From contig CM060731.1 in the NCBI GenBank assembly GCA_030704615.1, forward strand, positions 58,962,001 through 59,026,000: 64,000 nucleotides of DNA, written 5' to 3'. Position numbers and translations under genes: made by a program. Shown one piece after another: positions 1-13,919 of the stretch. Under the pieces are notes generated by a model. The model was not told where the DNA came from. It ran no database searches and was given only the letters and a program-made list of their open reading frames with translations. Position 1 is the first letter of the stretch. Each line of letters opens with the position of its first letter. Source of the stretch: Takakia lepidozioides. Taxonomy: Eukaryota > Plantae > Bryophyta.

Positions 1-2
1 CT

Positions 3-2400
3 TTGCCATTCACAGAAGCAGTATTAGACACTGTGGCAGGCCATGAGATGTACTCATTCATGGATGGCTTCAGTGGTTATAATCAAGTGCAAGTGGCAGA
101 AGAAGACCAAGGGAAAACAGCTTTCATCACAGACTGGGGGGCTTATGCATACAAAGTCATGCCCTTTGGACTTTGTAATGCACCAGCGACCTTTCAGAGA
201 GTGATAAGTGAATCTTTTCATGAGTATCTGGATGATTTCATGCAGGTATTCTTGGATGATTTCAGTGTGTACAGCTCTAAGAATGAGCACTTGCATAAAT
301 TGGAGTTATGTTTGGCCAGATGCAGGATGAGAGGGTCTGGGCTTGAATCCAGAGAAGTGTACTTTCTGTGTGAACTCAGGGGTGCTTCTGGGACACATTG
401 TGTGTAAGAAGGGACTCCTTGTGGATCCCAGGAAGACAGAGTCCATTAAAGCCTCTCCACCACCAGTGAATGTTAAGAGTTAAGGAGATTCCTTGGGCAA
501 ACCAGTTATTACAGAAGATTTGTCAAAAGGTATGCAAAATAGCAGCACCATTGAGCAAGCTTCTGAAGAAAGATGCAGTGTTTGCCTGGACAGCTGAATG
601 TCAACAGGCGTTTGAGGAACTTACACTGTCAGTAACAACTACACCTGTGCTGATTAACCCTCACTGGCATGTAGTATTTCATGTTCACTGCGATGCATCA
701 GGAGAAGCGTTGGGAGCGGTGTTAGCCCAGAATGTTACAGGGAATATATTCACCTGTGTACTATGCTAGCCGGTTGATGAACAGTGCTGAGAGGAACTAT
801 AGCACAACGGAAAGAGAAGCATTGGCAATGATTTATGCAGTCAAAATTCAGGCATTACCTATTGGGAAGAAAGTTTATGTTTTATGTGGATCACCAGGCT
901 CTGATATATCTGGTGAACAAACCTTTGATAAGTGGAAGGATAGCGAGGTGGTTAATAATCTTGCATGAGTTTGAGTTCGAGGTTATTTACAAGCCTGGCC
1001 GTTTGCATCTTGTGGCAGATCATTTGTCACGACTAACAACAGGAGAGGCCGCCACAGGAGTGGACGATCAGTTACCTGATGCGAGTTTATTTGTAATGGA
1101 GGTGCAAGGAAGTGCAGATGAATGGTTAGATTGGCAGTGGCCAATCAGATACTACCTTGCTCATGGTCAGTGCCCACCTAGTTATGGTAAGGAGCAGAGG
1201 AAGAGAATTGCTATCAAAGCTTTACCTTATACTATGGTAGGAAGCAGAATGTATAAGTTAGGACCTGATGGAGTACTAAAACGATGCTTGTACCACCATG
1301 AAGTAAATAAAGTCTTGGAGGAAGTTCATAAAGGAGTGGCTGGAGGTCATTTTGGAGAAGAGACTACCAGTAGAAAGATACTACTCGCAGGATACTGGTG
1401 GCCTACTTTTCAAAGATGTACATGAGTATTGTCAGAAGTGTGATGAATGTCAGAGGCTAGGACCTTTGCAGAGATCTGGAAGGATGGCCTTGCATCCTAC
1501 AATGCCTACGGAACCATTTCAGAAATGGGGACTAGACTTTGTTGGACCAATTAATCCACCATCCAAGAATACACGAAACAGGGTACATAATTACAGCCAC
1601 TGATTATACTACAAAGTGGGTGGAAGCTAAAGCTTTGAGGGACAACACAGCCAAGTCCACAGCAAGGTTCCTGTACGAGAACATACTTACACGATTTGGC
1701 TGTCCCTTAGAATTTATCAGTGATCAAGGAAGTCACTTCATGAATGAGACCATTGAGTTGTTGACTAAAGAGTTTATGATTGTGCATAGAAAGAGTACAA
1801 CATATTACCCACAGGGTAATGGGCAGGCAGAGGCTACCAACAAAATACTATGTACTATCTTGGCTAAGATAGTCAATGCAAACAGAACGGATTGGGATAC
1901 AAAGCTGCTGACAGCTTTATGGTCATACAGGACTTCATATAAAGTCACCACTAAGTATACACCATTCCAATTAGTTTATGTATGGAAGCCTTACTTCCAG
2001 TGGAATTCCTGTTACCTACCATGAGAACGGAGTGGGGAAAAAGAATGGAATTGCAAGACTCCATCAAGGTCAGGAAACATGAATTATACCATGTGGAAGA
2101 AGTACGTGCTGATGCAGCTGATAATATGACCAGAATTCAGATGAAGCGAAAGGAACAGTTTGATGAAGGCAAGTTAAAGACTTTTAAGACGGGGGATTTG
2201 GTTCTATGGTTGCAGAAGAAAGGAAAGATTCAAGCTTCTAAGCTTAAATCACCATGGAAAGGACCTTATGTCATACAAAAGATGTATGATAACACAACCG
2301 CCATGTTACAAACCATTAACAAAGAAATGCTGGGAAGAGTCAATGCAAATAAGTTGAAGGGGTACAGTGGTATCCATGACAAACCCCTGCAGCATGATTT
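3..2400 (+). pseudogene. Gypsy pol (RT, RNase H, integrase), frameshifted
   Basis: RT motifs DGFSGYNQ, MPFGLCNAPATFQR, FLDD. RNase H motifs CDASG, YSTTERE, VADHLSRL. Integrase [35 protein letters not shown]. Split over several ORFs. Confidence 0.95.
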
Positions 2401-3139
2401 GCATGTTGAACCGCAAGAGCAGTCACGGGCTGCACCAGTGTTACGAACGGAGTATGGAACACTTGTCGCTAGGCCCAGCATATATGACCAGGGTGGGCAA
2501 AACAAACGTGACACAGCCTATCACAGCCCGCCAAGGCGCAACACAGCCGCCCGACACTTCACGACGTGACACAGCGCCCAGCAAGCGTGTCTCACAGCCT
2601 ATCACAGCCCACAGCACACAGCCTATCACAGTAACACAGTATGACACAGCCTGTCACAGCTCAACACAGCCTACTAAAGTTACACGATCCATAGAATCAG
2701 TGACAAGTGGACACATAATAACTTCAGGAAAATGGATGACGGAAGAGGAAACGGAAATTACTTTAAAAATAGACACGTGGAGGTCAGGGCGCGACACACA
2801 GCAGAGAATGAAGTGCAAGGACAGGTGTCAAAAAGAAAGAGACAAGAACGGCCGTCAAAAGGGATGAAAGGCGGCCCATTAATGAATACGGAAAAAGGGA
2901 AACGGAACGAACGGCAAGTACAGAAAAGCCGAATTCTTGTCACATGTGTGATCCTAGTGGACTATCCAAGGGAAAGTCCACTAAAGAATAAAATTTAAAA
3001 TCCAGTCACAGCGGATACAGCCAATAGAAAACCAGAGAAAGGATCAAGAAAATGGAGGGAAATTGAGCGCAAGAGGCGGCGTCGTTCTGAGTAACGGGCG
3101 TCTCGACAGACAGGCCATAAATGCTATAACTTGGAAACT

Positions 3140-6100
3140 ATGGAGGAACTAACAGACTATACGCTCGCAATATTACTTACGCAGTGGCATAGACACGAAA
3201 CGGACAGAGCAGAGCTTTTCTCTTGAGCAATGCTTGCAAGCCCCGCAGGCTTACAAGAAATTACCCATAGCTTTCTGCGGCAACCATACGTTTATGCTTT
3301 GTGCACTACAGGCATTCCTGCAGTTGTTACAGCCAAAGCAGTTCTGTGAGTCTAAAATGAAGAGAGTGAGAGGAATGGAGGAAATCAGGGTGAAGAGCAC
3401 CACAATTCTGCAGAAACAAACGATGGCTACCCCACAGGCGATAAAGATACTGGAGGAGCTGAGATTGGAAGGATTGCAAAGCCTGGATTGGACACTACAC
3501 CATAGACAGTACATGTTACAATTTTTGCAGAACTTTGAGCCAAGGACAGGAACAACAACGGTGAAGGGAGTTGAATTAATGATTACTCCCCTATACCTCC
3601 AGCAATTGTTTCGATTGCCAGCAGGTCAGGTGCATGTGGGGGAACACAGGGCAAGACTGCAAATAGGGGACTTATTCCAAGAAGGGAGTTTCTTTAAAAC
3701 TCAGGGTTATGCTTGTACCAAAGCTGTGTACCCAGGGTTAAAAGAGATAGGCCAGGTATTGAACGTTCTGATTGCCCTGAAACAGAACCAACATATTTGA
3801 GCAGATCCTTCACAGAGGAAATACTCAAAGGCCTGAAGGGACAAGAGGTACAATGGGCGGACATAATGTACAACGCACTGGTAGAGGAGATGAAAAGATT
3901 ACAAGGTACTACCGCAAAGTCTCCTATCATAGTGTCTGGCCCAATCATTGCTCAAATAATCCTTAATTCTGGCATACTTAATGCACAAGAAAGGAAGGAA
4001 ATGGGAGTGTTTGAGCCAGAAACAACTGCAATGGAAGAGCAAGGCTCTTCACACAGTGAGGGTGGACTAGCAGCACAACCCGAGACTAAGAGGCAGAGAA
4101 GGGGAAAGACTGTAGTGGCGGATCCACTGGCTTCACGGATTCCGCATGATAATGTTTCCCAAGCTCATGGCCAGGAAGGGGCACAGCAGCACAGAAAATG
4201 CTATTACTGGAAGCAGGACCTTCAGAGAGGGAGGAGGAAGTTACTTCTGCATCACAGCCAACACAGCCACTTGAACGACTTGTCACAAGGTCACAAGTTA
4301 TCCATGCAGCTCAACCCGAAATAATTGATTTGGAAAGTGGGATAGATATTCCAACTACAGAACAGATAGTGGCAGAAATAGAGAAAGGGGACCTTCTCTA
4401 TGAATATTCTGGTCTGGTCAAGGAGACAGAAATCCCAGAGGTGCAACAGTTGCCCAAGGGAAATCCTGAGGTGCATATAATGCACACACCCTGTGTCGGA
4501 GGTACCACAGGCGGAAGGTCATGACACTGTAGCACCGGTGATAGATGAAGTAGTTCAGGAAGAAAATCCGGTGGGACAATGGCTGAATGGTTAGTGAGAC
4601 ATCATACTGTTGAAGATCAGGAGGAACAGCAGCAACCTCACCATGATGACCCTCAACAGGCAATGCTGATGAGTTCCATAGGCAGGACACTTAATTTGTT
4701 GTTGGGGACTTATGTCAAATCCCATGTTCCAATTACCCAATTGACAGCCTTGAAAGAGGAACTCAGGAAGGAGTTTGAGGCTCGACTTGCCACTGAGTGT
4801 GCAAACAAGGTCGATGAAGAGGTCACTCTCAAGATGAAGCAGGACTTGGGCAATACAGAAATGGCTTTGCAATTGGCCAAGCAACAATTGATTGAGGCAG
4901 GCCTCGCGCAAGACCAGTTGCACGAAGCACATAAGCAACAGCTATACCAAATGCAGGTGCAGCATGAAAGCAAGTTGCAAGAACTGAATGCACTACATAC
5001 GGAGTTGCAGACAGTGCATAACAGGATGGCGATACAATGTGCTACATTTACAACTATGCTTGACCAATCAACAAAAGAAATAAACAGTCAAGCGGAAAAA
5101 TGTACGAAGGCAGAAGAAGAGAATGTTGAGCAAATGAAGCTCATTGTCGATATGAAGAATACAATCTGTCGCAATGAAGATACTTTCAAGCAATACAGGC
5201 AGATGGAAGCTGATCAAGAGAAACACATCGTGGAGTTGCAACAAACCATCGTGGCCAATAGAAATGAAATCGCGGTCAGTAACAAGGCTTGAAGGAAGCC
5301 AATAATCTACTTGCTGCCTATGCGCAATTGGTTGAGCCACAGGCGAAGCGCATGGAGGCTTTACAACAGCAGTTGGAATTGTACAAGCTAAGAGAGGAGC
5401 AAACTCTCAGGGGAACCACAAGCAGCTTGGTGGATAACAGCCTTATGCAGGTCTGGTTAGCACAAGGGCCAGTAGAGGGCAAAGCCCACGGAAGCTCACC
5501 CAAAGCGAGATGAATGAGCTCAGACTGCAGGTGCAGAACATTGCCACAACTACTATAGACAATGTCTATAGTAGGATAGCAGAGTTACAAGAGGATGTAG
5601 ACGGACTCCAGACTCAAGTGGAAGACCTCACTTCAAACATCGACCAAAGAGTCTATATCCCTCAGGAACAGCTAATGGCTTCTTATTTGCAAGCCAGAAC
5701 TCTGGCTTTTCAGTCTTCACAGGAGGTGCAGGAGATGCCAATGATACAGGAGCCAGTACCACCACCACCACAACAGGTCAGTGTACCAGTAGCTGAACCT
5801 GTGGTTACTACAACCACACCACAGCACACCACCACAGCCGGAGGTATGGGGCAATGCCGCTTTTAACCCACCTAAAACTCCAGCTGCAAGGGAGTACAGC
5901 AGGGCTATGCTTATGCCCTTCAACCAAATTCCCATCATGTTGGATTTGGCTTGGAAAGAATTTAGTCCTCCGCAGTCATTCGCACATTACTACCAAATCA
6001 TGCGTATTTGGCTGCCAGTGGCAACTAGGACTAAAGTTCTTCCAAACAATCGACATATTGAAGATCATCACTTGCACAATACTGGCACGAGGCAGGTACC

Positions 6101-6901
6101 ATGTTGAGGGAATTGGTTGCTTTCCAGGTTGTACATGGACTCATTTATACCAAGACCAAGGAGATAGCAAGTATTGTCATGGGGTGCGGGCTATACTACG
6201 CTGCTTGTTTTCTGGTACGTTACCACATTGAGCAACAAAATGCAAACACGCTTTCAAAGTTACTCCAGTGGAGATCATTGGGTATTACCTTCGGTGCCAC
6301 CTCATATGTACCTATATGACCCAAAAGTATGATGCAGAAGGATTCTCAAATTCGTTCATGGTTTCAAGCAGCCTGCAACCATTTGTCAACACAGAAATTC
6401 GGACTTGATGACATTTTCTATAAGGGACATGTGGCATGGAAGTACTTGCACGCTGCACCAGTAATTGGTACCCCACTCACCTGGACAGACAAGGAGCTCA
6501 GTGTCTACACCAATTTTGCTGTTCAGCGGTTACACCAAGTTGTAAAATGCAAACTTCCAGACATGGTAGGACAGCATTGTATGCCCCAGATGATTCCACA
6601 AAAAGTTCGAAAATTAAAACACCTGAGAGGCGATGAGGATTCTGATACAACTGTTTCTTCACAGAATTCTTTTGACATGGGAGAAGACTATGCAATTCAG
6701 ATGGCAAAAGAAGCGACGGGGTCTCCTATGCCGGAAAGGTTACCTCGATATCAGCCTCCAGAAGGCCTCACTTATCCAGGTAGTGATCAACCATCTCCGT
6801 CAACCAGAGACAGACCTCGGGCTCGTACACACAGTCCACCACGAAACTCTCAACGTCAACAAGGTGCTCACTCACAAAGGTTTGCTACTCGGAAACAGTA
6901 A
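3140..6901 (+). pseudogene. Gypsy extra 3' ORF (~1200 aa): Transposase_32/plant-mobile-domain-like N-terminus, long coiled coil, W/Y/H-rich C-terminal domain; frameshifted
   Basis: ORFs 3234-3800, 3713-4324, 4198-4524, 4579-5292, 5289-5513, 5510-5866, 5907-6319 and 6329-6901 are collinear with homologous ORFs in copy 2 (32718-36327) and copy 3. Confidence 0.8.
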
Positions 6902-6922
6902 ACCGTGAGGACACGGCTTTTT

Positions 6923-6936
6923 GAGGGGGGAAGGGG
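6923..6936 (+). promoter_or_regulatory. Polypurine tract of Gypsy copy 1
   Basis: GAGGGGGGAAGGGG lies 3 nt before the LTR TG; same arrangement at 36349-36362. Confidence 0.9.
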
Positions 6937-6939
6937 TAA

Positions 6940-7799
6940 TGTTAGAGGACTGTAGGGGACTTAGACACTTATACGGGATCTGTAGGGTACCCTTAATTTT
7001 TGCACAGACTGAGACCAACAGGAGCCTTAGGGGTGACAGCAGCGCACTGTAGAGGGGGTTACACAGTTACCACCCCGTCACAGTCGTCACACAGCCCCCA
7101 CAGCCAACACAGCCAACACAGCACACAGCCAGTCCACAGCCCGTCACAGTTTCACACAGCCAGTCACGACACAGCTGTCACGATCATAGGGAACGAAGAG
7201 TAGGACAGGGAACGACTGTGGGGAACAACACCTGCGAAGGGAACATGTTAGTTCACAGACGACGGTTAGTGAGGGAAACGGTTAGAACCGCGGATAGGAA
7301 ATAAAGGGAAAACGGGGAATTGAGGGGATCATTATTCGGAGGAGGACTTCTTAGTCAGGGAGCGGAGATCGAGGAAAAAGTGGAGAGCACGGTGAAGGAG
7401 AAAGAGGATTAGTAGATGCTTGTTATATGCAAAGCTGTAGTGATATGTAGAGCAGATTAGAGACATAATGGCTTCGGCCTGATACCTGATAAATCATAAT
7501 CTGATACTTATACGATACAATCACACTGTGTAGAGAGATCTGAGTGAAGCTGTGGATTGAATGGATGAGTGAAGAAAACCGATAGATTGATGAAGCAAAC
7601 TGATACTTAATTATCAATGGTAAGGTAGCTAAGATGAATGCGAAAAGGGAAACAAATAGGAAACACCCCCATGATACACTAGCTGTAGGTCATGACTGAT
7701 TGTTCTGCGCGGGCTGAGTACTTAGAGATTTCCAACTCTTCTATCTTGGAGTTTCCGCCTCAGATAGCGAAGGGATGGGTGAGTAAAAGCCGCGCGACA
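6940..7799 (+). repeat. 3' LTR of Gypsy copy 1 (~860 bp)
   Basis: Starts TGTTAGAG, ends CGCGCGACA; homologous to 36366-37423 and to the split LTR at 56823-57540 plus 60520-60729. Confidence 0.92.
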
Positions 7800-8149
7800 G
7801 TCACGTCAAAGGGAAGGCGACAGGATCTTTACGATTGGCATATACGACTTCCGCAGATTAACGCCATGATAACACATGAAAAAAACTGGACATGACACGT
7901 GGAGTCGAATTATGCAGGATGAGGGTGGTCATTATGACTGGAACATATGACTTCCACGTGCCACTTTCACCTCTCGTGTTCGCCCATACTCGTGCCACGT
8001 GTAGTATCTAGAGTGCGCTAGACCTAACTTAGCAGCATTGAAACATAAAAGCACAGAACATTGATTCAAATACAACGTGACTTAATGTTCAAAGATTTGT
8101 TCCATAATCTAATCCGGTGCTGCTACAAAAATGCACAAAGCTGCAAAGT

Positions 8150-8460
8150 CTATGTAGACTTTCCCACATCATTTGCTCTTAGGTTTCCAAAGCCTTAATC
8201 CCACACCCATGTTGCACATACCTTGCAATCATGGCACTCCACAACACCACATCTCATTTAGCCATGTTGTCGAACTCTCCCTTCGCATCAGGCTTGCTGC
8301 ACCCACATTTGGCATACATGTCCACCAGGGCAGTGTTCAGAATGACAACTAGTACAATTTCAGCTTTGACGCACATGGCCAAGAGTTATCCCAATATCCC
8401 GCTACCAATGAGTTCAATGCATATCTTTGTCACATTGGCAGTATCATGTCAAAGTCACTC
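8150..8460 (-). pseudogene. PLS-class PPR gene fragment
   Basis: Minus strand reads TALVDMYAKCG ... EFDNMAK*DVVLWSAMIARYVQHGCGIKAL, with stop and indels. Confidence 0.8.
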
Positions 8461-9261
8461 CCAACTAGATTCACTCAACAGCTAACAGTTTGCAGAATTC
8501 AACATGAAAATTGAGTGTCGATTCTGATAAGAGGGGAAAATATTGTGAAATGTGTTGAAAAAAAATGGATGGATGAGTCCACAGGGACCACCGGTCCTAC
8601 AGGACAAAATAGAATAACCGGAAAAGCCCATCAATCATTGTATTCAAAGAGAAAAGAAAGAAAGAGTATGGAGCAGACAGTCTCGTTGAACGGCTGACCT
8701 TGGGTATCAAAGCATCAGAAGGTCCGGAGCTGGACTTTGAGCTGCCGGAGCTCATTTATCTCCCACCCCAAGCGCTGACAAAACCGACTCTCCCCGACTG
8801 AGCTTTCCGCGGACATTAGAAAGTACCATTTTGTTTCATTTCATTTCATTTCCCTACCTGAAGTTCATCAACATTTGAGAGGTCACTTTGAACCAGACAA
8901 TCAAAGACAGGAGGTGAAAACTAAAAGCACTTGATCGACATATTTGCACATCCATATGATATTCCTATTTGTGAGTGCTTGTATCCAGTTTATCCTCGAA
9001 AACATCAACACAAGCATCCAAAAACTGAGTCATCCCACCTACAGCCAAACAAGACGACCACAGTGCAGCTGAGCGAGAAGAGATTGAAACACGACCTGCT
9101 AAGACCAAGCTGACTCCCCAAGAACCTTGTAAACAGCAGGAAGAATACCAAATCATGGTACTAATAGTCGCCAAGAGCCCACATTTGCAGGATGGACAAA
9201 CTTCTTCACATCGTACATGGAGAAAGAGCCACATCTTGCGACTGCGGTTGTCCATCATGAA

Positions 9262-9343
9262 GGTGGCCAGCCGCTTCCCATAGTAGTCGATGGCCACATC
9301 GTGCACCACATCTTCATGCCCCGATTCTAGGGTTTGAGTCCAT
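9262..9343 (-). pseudogene. SEC13: SEC13 5' gene fragment (first WD40 strand)
   Basis: Reads TQTLESGHEDVVHDVAIDYYGKRLAT, the SEC13 N-terminal signature; truncated immediately after. Confidence 0.85.
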
Positions 9344-9599
9344 GTTTGCCCTCTATCCCACCAGCTCCGTTCGTCGTCTCTCATGATCAGACTTGACCCT
9401 AAAACAAAACAAACGTAGCTCCTCCCTGTTCGACGTCTCTCGTGATCAAACTCGACACTAAAAGAAAACAAACACAGCTCCATCCTGTTTGTTGTCTCTC
9501 ACGATCAAACTCGACACAAAGAAAACAAACAGATGGCAGGGGAGACAAAAAAAACGCTAAGTCCCCTCTACTCATGACTGCATGGATGAATGTAGTGAT

Positions 9600-11150
9600 A
9601 GATGGATGGATTTTGGGTTTTCCATCAATACATCCATCCATTCATTTGTTTTTCCATTTTTTGGCCATTTTAATTTCATCCATTCATCCAAAATAAATCT
9701 TTAAATGAGTTTCATTGTCAGTTCATCCAATAGCTGCCAGCTCAGCGTTTGCTCATTCGTTCAAACGTTTGCTCATTCGTTCCTATGTTCATCCAATAGT
9801 TGCCAGCAAGGCGATTGTTGTATCATTCGTTCATACGTTCATCAAGTGCACAAAAGTTATGTTTGATACGTTCATCCAATAGGCCAACAAGACATTTGTG
9901 TATCATTTGTTGAGATAATACAGTTGTTTTGTTTCACTAACCTTAACTAGCAGTCAATTAGTTTTACTGTTAATCTGCTAGGTCAGTGAAATAATAGTTA
10001 AATACTTTTACTACTTATTATCCTCATACTTAACACTGCGACCTAACAACCCTAAATTCGAGCACATTCATCTTAATTCATCTTAATTCATCCTAGTTCA
10101 CTCATCCTAATTCATCCTAGTTCATTCATCCTAATTCATCATAGTTCACTCATCCTAAATCATCCTAATTATTCATTCATCCATTCATTGCTTAGTGTCC
10201 GCGAGCAATGATATGTTGACACGTCGTCGTTTGCAATCACATCCTGCATCTGTTTCATCCATTTATGTTTGCATCGTCCACGTAGACACTCATTGGGCAA
10301 CCGGCAATCGCCACGTGCAGTCGTGAATACTGGCAATCATACATTCCCATGCCCACGTCATTCTATTGCAATTTTGGCCATGACTCCTAGTCGTATCTAC
10401 CATCTTCCTCTATCTGGTCAAACGTGTTTGACCGCAGATCCTGACGTGGCGGAGGTACAAGGTGGCATATACAACTTCTGGTGGTCACAATTGGCAACCA
10501 GGACTTACCCCCTTGCATTTTGTAGACATATATGCTACGACTAGGCAAATGTGGCAGATGTTAAAGCCGGGATCTGTTGTAATGTATGGGCACATTTCCT
10601 GGTGGTCAATAGATGCCCAAGAGATCAATAACGGTACTTGTGATTTTTTCACAGAAGCCATAGCTCGTTGGCAACAAGCACAAAGTCAAGGCGGCGCAAA
10701 CTTTACCTTGACAACACGTATGAACTCTCTCTGAACTTCAGGGAACGTGTGGGAACAGTGTCTATAAGTTAAGACCACCATTATTGACTCATTGGATAAC
10801 CTATTGGGTCTGTAGATGAAAATCGGTGCGCCTGGATGAAAACTAGATAATTATAGATGAAATTGACCAATAAATGAAATATTGCATCAATGGATGAAAA
10901 ATTGCGGTAATGGATGAAATTGTGGTAGCGGATGAATTATAGCACCAGCGGATGAAAATTTGCAATGATCGATGAAAATTACGTCTGAAATCATGTTAGT
11001 GGATGAAATATTACACCAATGGATGAAAAATTGTGGCAGCGGATGAAATCAGGTCAGCAGATGCATTAATCGCGCTTGTGGATGAACATTTTGTATTTTT
11101 GGATGAAAATATTGTCAACGGATGAAAAATCGACTGCACATGGATTAGTC
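9600..11150. repeat. TTCATCC / GGATGAA short-motif arrays in opposite orientations, probably subterminal regions of a decayed DNA transposon
   Basis: TTCATCC-rich at 9600-10270 and GGATGAA(A)-rich at 10830-11150. Confidence 0.45.
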
Positions 11151-11679
11151 TTCGGTCCTTTGGGGACATGTTTGAGGGACTATTTGGGGTCCTTTGAGGC
11201 CAATATTTTGCAAACTTGTGGAGCATTTTAGGGGCTGTTTGGAGGACTGTTTGATGTCATTGGAAGCCAATATTTGGCAAGCTTGTGGAGCATTAAGCGA
11301 GCTGTTTGGAGAACTACTTGACGTCTTTAATTTTTCATTAAAAATAATATATGTTAATTATATTATTATTTGACATGTCTGATTGTAGGAATGGGAGAGC
11401 AAAATGTTGCTTTCGATTTTGATAATAATGCTATAGCTTTTCAACGTGAGAAAAAATGTTAAAAAAAATTAAAAATGGCGGTTCTCGGTTAGGAGCTGTA
11501 CACGGTGAAAGTGCGGCTTGTTTCAATGGAACTCAAATTCCTTAAGATAAGAGTCAAACACCATGATTCAACTCAAAACTTTCCATCACCAGATGGAGAC
11601 ATGGAAAAACAAGATATGTTAGACACGTGCCATTTCCACAAAAACAATGCACCCGAATGGTTTACTATGTATGAGAGTA

Positions 11680-12575
11680 CACTACAAGGAAACTGGCTTT
11701 TTTTTACACCCTTTCTTACACCTGCAGGTGTAAGAAAAACCACCTGCTCACACGCCCCTGGGTATCAGGTAAACCGTGTCGATTCCGCCACCCTGTCGAA
11801 AAAGGCAATGGTGTTGAAAAAGCCATCTTACACCCATCTACACCTGGATGTGGCGCCCGGCCTATGTGGCCTTTCTGACATGGTTTTTTTCACACCCGTT
11901 TTGACTCACTTTTCTTATATCCGTTTTGACTGGATTTTTTGACAGCTTATCTTACACCCTGCTTGACAATGTGACGAAATTCAAAGTTCAAAATTCAAAA
12001 TTTAAATTTTGGCGGCTCAAAAATTCAAAATTTGATAATTGACCCTGCCCCATCCGAGGTCAACGGTTGACCGCACACCATCCCACACATTACTAAACAA
12101 TACACACTTGAACCTAAGACCTCCTCATTAGCCCACCTTTTTTCATTTCATGTACAGCGGTGATGTGGCTACAAACTGGTGGGGTAGAGTGCATAGGTGA
12201 CGAACCAGTTGTTTTCCACGGCTACAGCTATGCACCATATTGTCACAATATGGCGACCATATATGACAAATAAGACATTTCAAGGGCGACACATGTTCAA
12301 AGCAGGGCAAATAAACCTGGCTCAAAGGGCCTTTATATTGCATCAAAGTGGCTACCATAAAAAGGTAGTCTTATATCGCAAGCGACGGCCACCCCCTCCA
12401 GTCCTAAAATGCTTGGCGAACGGACGGCCCAGGGCGCAGCACGTGGCGAGATTCCCCACGGCTGCCACGCCAACAGGCGCCGGCCGTTGGATGGCGGGTG
12501 CCATAGGATCCAGTTCCCAGGCGCCAAGGGGTGGTTCCCTTGGTGCTTTATCCGCCAGGGAACGCACGCTTTCTG

Positions 12576-12615
<40 letters not shown>

Positions 12616-13610
12616 CGTTTTTTCCACTGTTTTTTTACAAGGACGTGTCGTAGCCCACAAAGTTCGAGACTCGAGTGCTTTCTGGGCTTTATTTCGCCTA
12701 AAAAATATGGGCTGCTCCTCATTATAGCATCACTAAGTCATTATATACTAACCAACACACCTATTACACATACATGCACAACATAAATGGTTTGATTGTA
12801 TATAAACATAACAAACTTTGAAATATAAAGAGTGTGATACGTCTAGTCATAATTATATATACCGTCACAATCATGCAACATGATTTCTCACACATTCGAG
12901 ATACTTCACGAGGCCCATGACACCTCTACAATACTGTCCGGAAGGTGCTAGACTAGGCATGTTCTTTGCCCCCTCTCCCCTATCTCTTGCCCAGCACAAA
13001 TATGAGCTAAATCATCCATACTTGTCATCTGTCATTCTCACATATCTACGTATAGTGACAGTGTGACTTACTCCACACTGCTGTGAAACAAGTCTTGGTC
13101 AACACGCATAGTCATACAGTTGACCTAAGTCTCTTTATCCACGTGTCCTACCAATGTGGCATAATCCACACTAGTGTAAAATTAGCCCAGTAACCTTTCT
13201 CACACCATGTCTAGTCAGCATGCTACCTCTGAGTCTCTTAATCGACGTGTCCAACCGATGTGGCATAATCCACACTAGTGTAGATAAGCCCAGTAACATT
13301 TCTCACACTATGTCTAGTCAGCATACCAAATCATATAGTTGACCCCCATTGTGTGGATTAACTTACACTATATGACTCATTCTCACATTGGTGTGAGATA
13401 AGTCTTGTATACTGATCGACATCTTCTCGATCAATGACCATTGACCACAAAAGGTGTGAGCTTGGTGTAGACTAGTCTACACCAAAGCGGATTTTCTTAC
13501 ACTGGCTCAATCTACACCAATGAGATTTTACAGGGGTGTAAGATTATGTGTAAGAAAAGCCAGGTGTGAACTACTCGTGATGTTAAAAAAAACTAGGATC
13601 TCTTGTAGTG
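11680..13610. mobile_element. Non-autonomous CACTA (En/Spm) element, 1.93 kb
   Basis: Left end CACTACAAGGAAACTGGCTTTT, right end (reverse complement) CACTACAAGAGATCCTAGTTTT. 3-bp TSD GTA at 11677-79 and 13611-13. Subterminal TTACACC/GGTGTAA repeats and an internal ~115-bp duplication at 13140-13325. Confidence 0.92.
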
Positions 13611-13919
13611 GTATGAAAATGAAACAACAAACAATTGGATGTTGAAGAGGGATGATTATTACATTTCCCGTCTGAGTGTGTAGATGAATAATATCGATGT
13701 ATGTGTCGATAGCAGAGAAATAAAGTTGCCCCTGTACAGTAAGAAAAAAGTTCAAATGCAAAAGATATCATTGGAGCCCTACAAGAACACTAAACATCCA
13801 TTTACTCATCGGGCTTCCTTCGTCCCGAAGAAAGCGTAAATTATGGTGTCTCTTGACCCAAAAAGGCTACTACTCTCCAATGGAAGGTGGACACATTTGT
13901 TACACAAATCAATTGCAAA

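Larger units (their letters stand above)
1..7799 (+). mobile_element. Ty3/Gypsy LTR retrotransposon copy 1 (non-chromovirus, Athila/Phygy-like), 5' part outside window
   Basis: Domain order RT-RNaseH-integrase, then extra ORF, PPT and a TG...CA LTR. No chromodomain or additional RNase H seen. Confidence 0.95.

Noticed and set aside
8965-9483. Functional SEC13 gene
   Set aside because: Only ~27 codons match, the start is frameshifted, and no further WD40 exons follow.
12197-12786. Poly-Phe/poly-Lys ORFs (also at 60149-60543)
   Set aside because: They arise from poly-T runs inside transposons.
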